Assembly: GCA_965250285.1 (NCBI GenBank)
Contig: OZ252299.1
Span: 4,096,001-4,160,000 of the forward strand
Source: Myxococcota bacterium
GTDB lineage: Bacteria > Myxococcota_A > UBA9160 > UBA4427
Direction: 5' to 3'
Length of the DNA: 64,000 nucleotides
Each line of letters starts with the position of its first letter. The first letter of the stretch is position 1. Below the pieces are notes generated by a model. It had not been told where the DNA came from and ran no database searches. It saw nothing but the letters and a program-made list of their open reading frames with translations. Positions 60,378-64,000 of the stretch are shown here, in pieces. Position numbers and translations under genes: made by a program.

Positions 60378-62138
60378 ATGGCCGATCCGATCCGAATCGC
60401 GAACTGCTCTGGCTTCTTCGGCGACCGCCTGACCGCCGCGCAGGAGATGGTCGACGGCGGGCCCATCGACGTGCTGACCGGCGACTGGCTCGCCGAGCTG
60501 ACGATGCTGATCCTGGCCCGCACCCGCGTGAAGCGGCCGAACGGCGGGTACGCGCGCACCTTCGTGACCCAGATGGAGCACGTGATGGGCACGTGCCTCG
60601 ACAAGGGCATCAAGGTGGTCAGCAACGCGGGCGGGCTCGACCCCGACGGCTGCGCCGAGGCGGTTGCCGAGGTCGCCCAGAAGCTCGGGCTCAGCCCGAA
60701 GATCGCCTACGTGCGCGGCGACGATCTGCTGCCGCGAATGCAAGAGCTGATCGCCGCCGACCAGCTGATCCACTTCGAGACGGGAGAGCCGATCAAGGAC
60801 GCGTCGGCGTTCCTCACCGCCAACGCGTACTTCGGGTGCTGGGGCATCGTCGAAGCCCTGGATGCCGGCGCCGACATCGTCATCACCGGACGCGCGACCG
60901 ACGCTGCGATCGTGTGCGGACCGGCGGCGTGGCACCACGGCTGGCAACGCACCGATTGGGACGCGCTCGCGGGCGCCGTCGCCGCCGGCCACGTGATCGA
61001 GTGCGGCACCCAGGCCACGGGCGGCAACTACTCGTTCTTCCAGGAAGTCCCGGGCATGGAGCGCATCGGCTTCCCCTGGGCCGAGGTCGCTGAAGATGGC
61101 TCGACCGTCTTCGGCAAGCACGAAGACCGGTTCGGCGGCGAGGTCTCGATCGGCACCATCACCTCACAGCTGCTCTACGAAATCGGCGGGCCCGAGTACT
61201 TCGGCCCCGACGTGACGACACGCTTCGACACGATCGAGCTCGAGCAGATCGGCCCCAATCGCGTGCGCATGAGCGGTACGCAAGGCGAGCCACCGCCCGA
61301 GACCCTGAAGGTGTGCATCAACCGTCCGGGCGGGTTCCGACAGGATCTCAACATCTGCCTGACCGGCCTCGACATCGAGGCGAAGGCGAAGTGTGTCGAG
61401 GACGCGTTCTGGGCAGCGTGTCCCATCGACGAGAGCGATTTCGATTCGGTGACGAAGAAGCTCGTGCGCACCGACAAGACCAACCCCGCGAGCAACGAAG
61501 AAGCGACGGCCTTCCTCAAGATCTCGCTGAAGGACAAAGATCCCGACAAGGTCGGCCGCGGGGTCTGGAACTCGATGATCGAGCTGGCGCTCGCTTCGAT
61601 CCCCGGTTTCACGAGCGTCGGTGGCGGCGGCAACAGCGGCCGCCCGTTCGGCGTCTACGAGCCAGCGCGCGTGCCCGCGACGATCGTGCCCCAAGAGGTC
61701 GTGATCCTCGGCGGCGACACCACCGAGGTCTCCTCGGTGATCCCCGATGCCCCGGCGAACGTGACCCCGCACCAGGGGCCCGGCGCGACCGCACCGAGCG
61801 GCGCGACGCGGCGCGCGCCGCTGGGCACGCTCTACGGCGCACGTTCAGGCGACAAGGGGGGCAACGCCAACCTCGGCATCTTCGCGCGCAGCGACGCGGC
61901 CTGGGCCTGGCTCGACGGCTTCCTCACCGTCGACAAGATCAAAGAGCTTCTACCCGAGGCAGCCGACCTCGAGGTCGAGCGGTTCCGGCTGCCGGGCATC
62001 CGTTCACTCAACTTCGTGCTGCACGGGTTCTTGCAAGAAGGCGTCGCGTCGTCGACGCGACAGGATGCCCAGGCAAAGAGCCTCGGCGAGTGGCTTCGTG
62101 CGCGGGTCGTCGATCTGCCCGAGGCCCTGTTCGAGTGA
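60378..62138 (+). CDS. atuA: Acyclic terpene utilization AtuA-family protein
   Basis: IRIANCSGFFGDR, DWLAELT, GHVIECG, QLLYEI, ARSGDKGGNAN. Confidence 0.9.
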   Translation: MADPIRIANCSGFFGDRLTAAQEMVDGGPIDVLTGDWLAELTMLILARTRVKRPNGGYARTFVTQMEHVMGTCLDKGIKVVSNAGGLDPDGCAEAVAEVAQKLGLSPKIAYVRGDDLLPRMQELIAADQLIHFETGEPIKDASAFLTANAYFGCWGIVEALDAGADIVITGRATDAAIVCGPAAWHHGWQRTDWDALAGAVAAGHVIECGTQATGGNYSFFQEVPGMERIGFPWAEVAEDGSTVFGKHEDRFGGEVSIGTITSQLLYEIGGPEYFGPDVTTRFDTIELEQIGPNRVRMSGTQGEPPPETLKVCINRPGGFRQDLNICLTGLDIEAKAKCVEDAFWAACPIDESDFDSVTKKLVRTDKTNPASNEEATAFLKISLKDKDPDKVGRGVWNSMIELALASIPGFTSVGGGGNSGRPFGVYEPARVPATIVPQEVVILGGDTTEVSSVIPDAPANVTPHQGPGATAPSGATRRAPLGTLYGARSGDKGGNANLGIFARSDAAWAWLDGFLTVDKIKELLPEAADLEVERFRLPGIRSLNFVLHGFLQEGVASSTRQDAQAKSLGEWLRARVVDLPEALFE

Positions 62139-62172
62139 GAGACTTCGCTGCGAACACGAAGGCGCCGCTCGA

Positions 62173-62829
62173 GTGAGCAACGATGCTGTCAACAAGAAAG
62201 CGCACATGCGCTTTCCGGGCGTGCGCGCGCCCAAGCCCCTGCTCTCGCGAGAGGCCGAGCGCCAGCTCTCGGCGCGGCAGCTCGAGTTGCTCGACGCGCT
62301 CGAGGTGAAGCTCGCTCAGAGCGGACTCGGCGAGAAGACGATGGCCGAGATCGCCGGTCTCGTGGGCTGCTCACTGCGCACGCTCTACGCGATCGCACCC
62401 AGCAAGGACGAGCTGCTGCTCACGCTCGCCGATCGCCGGCTTCATCGCATCGGGCGCCAGGCGATCGAAGCGCTCGACTCCGACATGCCGCCCCTCGAGG
62501 CCCTTCGCACCTATCTGCGCATCGCGAACGAGGCCGTCCGGCCCGAAGCCATCGTCGTATCGGCCGACGTGTCGCGGGTCGCGGGGGCGAGCCGAGTGGT
62601 CGACGCGCACGAGGGATACCTGACCGCCGTCGTTCAGAGTCTGCTCGACCGGTCGGTCGCCGAGGGGGCCATCGCCCCGGTCGACACCGCGGCGGTGGCG
62701 CACGTGCTCGGCGGCCTGGGCCGGGAATTCGCTCGGCCAGAGGTCGCCGAGATCGTCGAGGGCACGGCGAACCAGGCGGCCGACTCGGTGACCGACCTGA
62801 TCCTCGAGGGCCTGCTCGCGCGCCGCTGA
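62173..62829 (+). CDS. TetR/AcrR family regulator
   Basis: TMAEIAGLVGCSLRTLY..PSKDELL HTH; start 62173 or 62206. Confidence 0.88.
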   Translation: MSNDAVNKKAHMRFPGVRAPKPLLSREAERQLSARQLELLDALEVKLAQSGLGEKTMAEIAGLVGCSLRTLYAIAPSKDELLLTLADRRLHRIGRQAIEALDSDMPPLEALRTYLRIANEAVRPEAIVVSADVSRVAGASRVVDAHEGYLTAVVQSLLDRSVAEGAIAPVDTAAVAHVLGGLGREFARPEVAEIVEGTANQAADSVTDLILEGLLARR

Positions 62830-62899
62830 TTCGCCATCATCCTGTCGCCCGCGCCTGCGCCGATTCGCCCCGTCACGCGCCCGGTACCGAGGAGCCCCG

Positions 62900-64000
62900 A
62901 TGAGCCAAGAGACGCCGCGCCGCGGCGATCCGATCCACTGGCTGAGCAACGCCTTCGCACGCATTGCCGGCTGGTCGTTCGACCATCGCTGGGCGCTCGT
63001 CGCCCTCTCCGTCGCGCTCGTCGGGGGCATCTTCTGGCTCGCGTCGATGGTGCGGATCGACAACAGCTACGAGTCGTTCTTCGATCCGTCCGACGACACG
63101 TTCACGAAGTACGAGCAGTACCGAGACGACTTCGGTTCGGACGAGATCTCGTACGTGCTCTACGAGGCGCCCGGGGTCGAGCACGGGGTCTTCGACCTCG
63201 ACGTCATGCGCCGCATCGCCCAGCTGTCCGATGCCCTGATCGACGAGGTGCCCTTCGTCTACGACGTCAAGTCGCTGCCCAACGCCGAGCTGACGATCGG
63301 CACCGAAGACGGCATCGAGATCGAGAAGCTCGAGGATGATTTTCCCACGACCCAGGCCCAGCTGCTCGCCCTGCGAGACCGGTATCTCGAGAAGCCTCTG
63401 ATCGTCGGCGGACTTCTCTCGGCCGATGCGAGTCACGCGGCGCTGATCATCGAGATGGACCGGTCGAGCACCGATCCGATCGACCAGATTCAGCTCGACC
63501 CCGAGCTCGGCAGCGCGCTCGAGAACGTCTACCCGCAGGCCACCGAGACGGTCATCGCCGAGATCCTCGCGCGACCCGAGTACGACGGCATCCGCTTCTA
63601 CCACTCGGGCGACGTCCCGCTGAACGCGTACTACGCGCGGGTGATCGAACGAGAGAGCGGCGGCCTGATGCTGGCGATGATCGCCTTCGTCGCGCTGATG
63701 CTCGGCTTCTTCTTCCGATCTGTGGCCGGCGTGGTCGGCCCCATCGTCGTCGTGACCATCGCCTCGATTTCGGTCGCAGCCTTCATCGTCGTCATGGGTT
63801 GGACGATCGACATGACCTTCTCGGGCGTGCCGACGCTGATCGTGGCGATCGGCGTCGCCCACGCCGTACACATTCTCTCCGAGTTTCGACACCGCTTCGT
63901 CGAGCTGGGCGACCGCAGGTCTGCGCTCGTCGAGACGATGCAGCTCGTCGGTGCGCCGGCTCTGCTCACCAGCCTGACGACGGCGGCAGGGTTCGGCTCG
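62900..64000 (+). CDS. MMPL/RND family transporter, runs off the window end
   Basis: Not in ORF track; GAGGAG + ATG; TM1, RIDNSYESFF..FGSDE periplasmic loop, then TMs ending LLTSLTTAAGFGS. Confidence 0.88.
   Translation, partial: MSQETPRRGDPIHWLSNAFARIAGWSFDHRWALVALSVALVGGIFWLASMVRIDNSYESFFDPSDDTFTKYEQYRDDFGSDEISYVLYEAPGVEHGVFDLDVMRRIAQLSDALIDEVPFVYDVKSLPNAELTIGTEDGIEIEKLEDDFPTTQAQLLALRDRYLEKPLIVGGLLSADASHAALIIEMDRSSTDPIDQIQLDPELGSALENVYPQATETVIAEILARPEYDGIRFYHSGDVPLNAYYARVIERESGGLMLAMIAFVALMLGFFFRSVAGVVGPIVVVTIASISVAAFIVVMGWTIDMTFSGVPTLIVAIGVAHAVHILSEFRHRFVELGDRRSALVETMQLVGAPALLTSLTTAAGFGS

Overview
Very GC-rich, gene-dense bacterial chromosomal window with about 57 CDSs. I found no rRNA, tRNA, CRISPR array or transposase. 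Gene content mixes diderm traits (exosortase, TraR/DksA protein, periplasmic cytochrome c, lipoproteins) with actinobacterial-style lipid/terpenoid catabolism (two heteromeric ACAD pairs, KshA-like Rieske oxygenase, two BVMOs, P450, putative F420-dependent LLM, TIGR03084-type protein, AtuA/acyl-CoA carboxylase cluster). This suggests a Myxococcota-like heterotroph, which is inference only. Main points of interest: (1) a three-gene minus-strand locus (41909-48547) encoding a ~1650-aa surface protein, a monoheme four-helix cytochrome c and a translationally coupled HtrA-like protein with Thr in place of the catalytic Ser. The large protein has a PhoX-like domain lacking the usual Arg, an EEP phosphoesterase domain and a Cys-containing C-terminal sorting-like signal (CGLGAEL-hydrophobic-RRRLRRR), with PHO-box-like repeats upstream. 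(2) A dedicated exosortase + PEP-CTERM VIT/vWA target + CreBC-like two-component cassette with cre-tag-like repeats upstream. (3) A CysK-glutaredoxin fusion. (4) A tandem ~119-bp palindromic REP/MITE-like element. (5) Two 34-nt-period duplications of gene 3' ends that include the stop codon. Family assignments come from motif recognition by eye, not database searches, and several start codons are best guesses.
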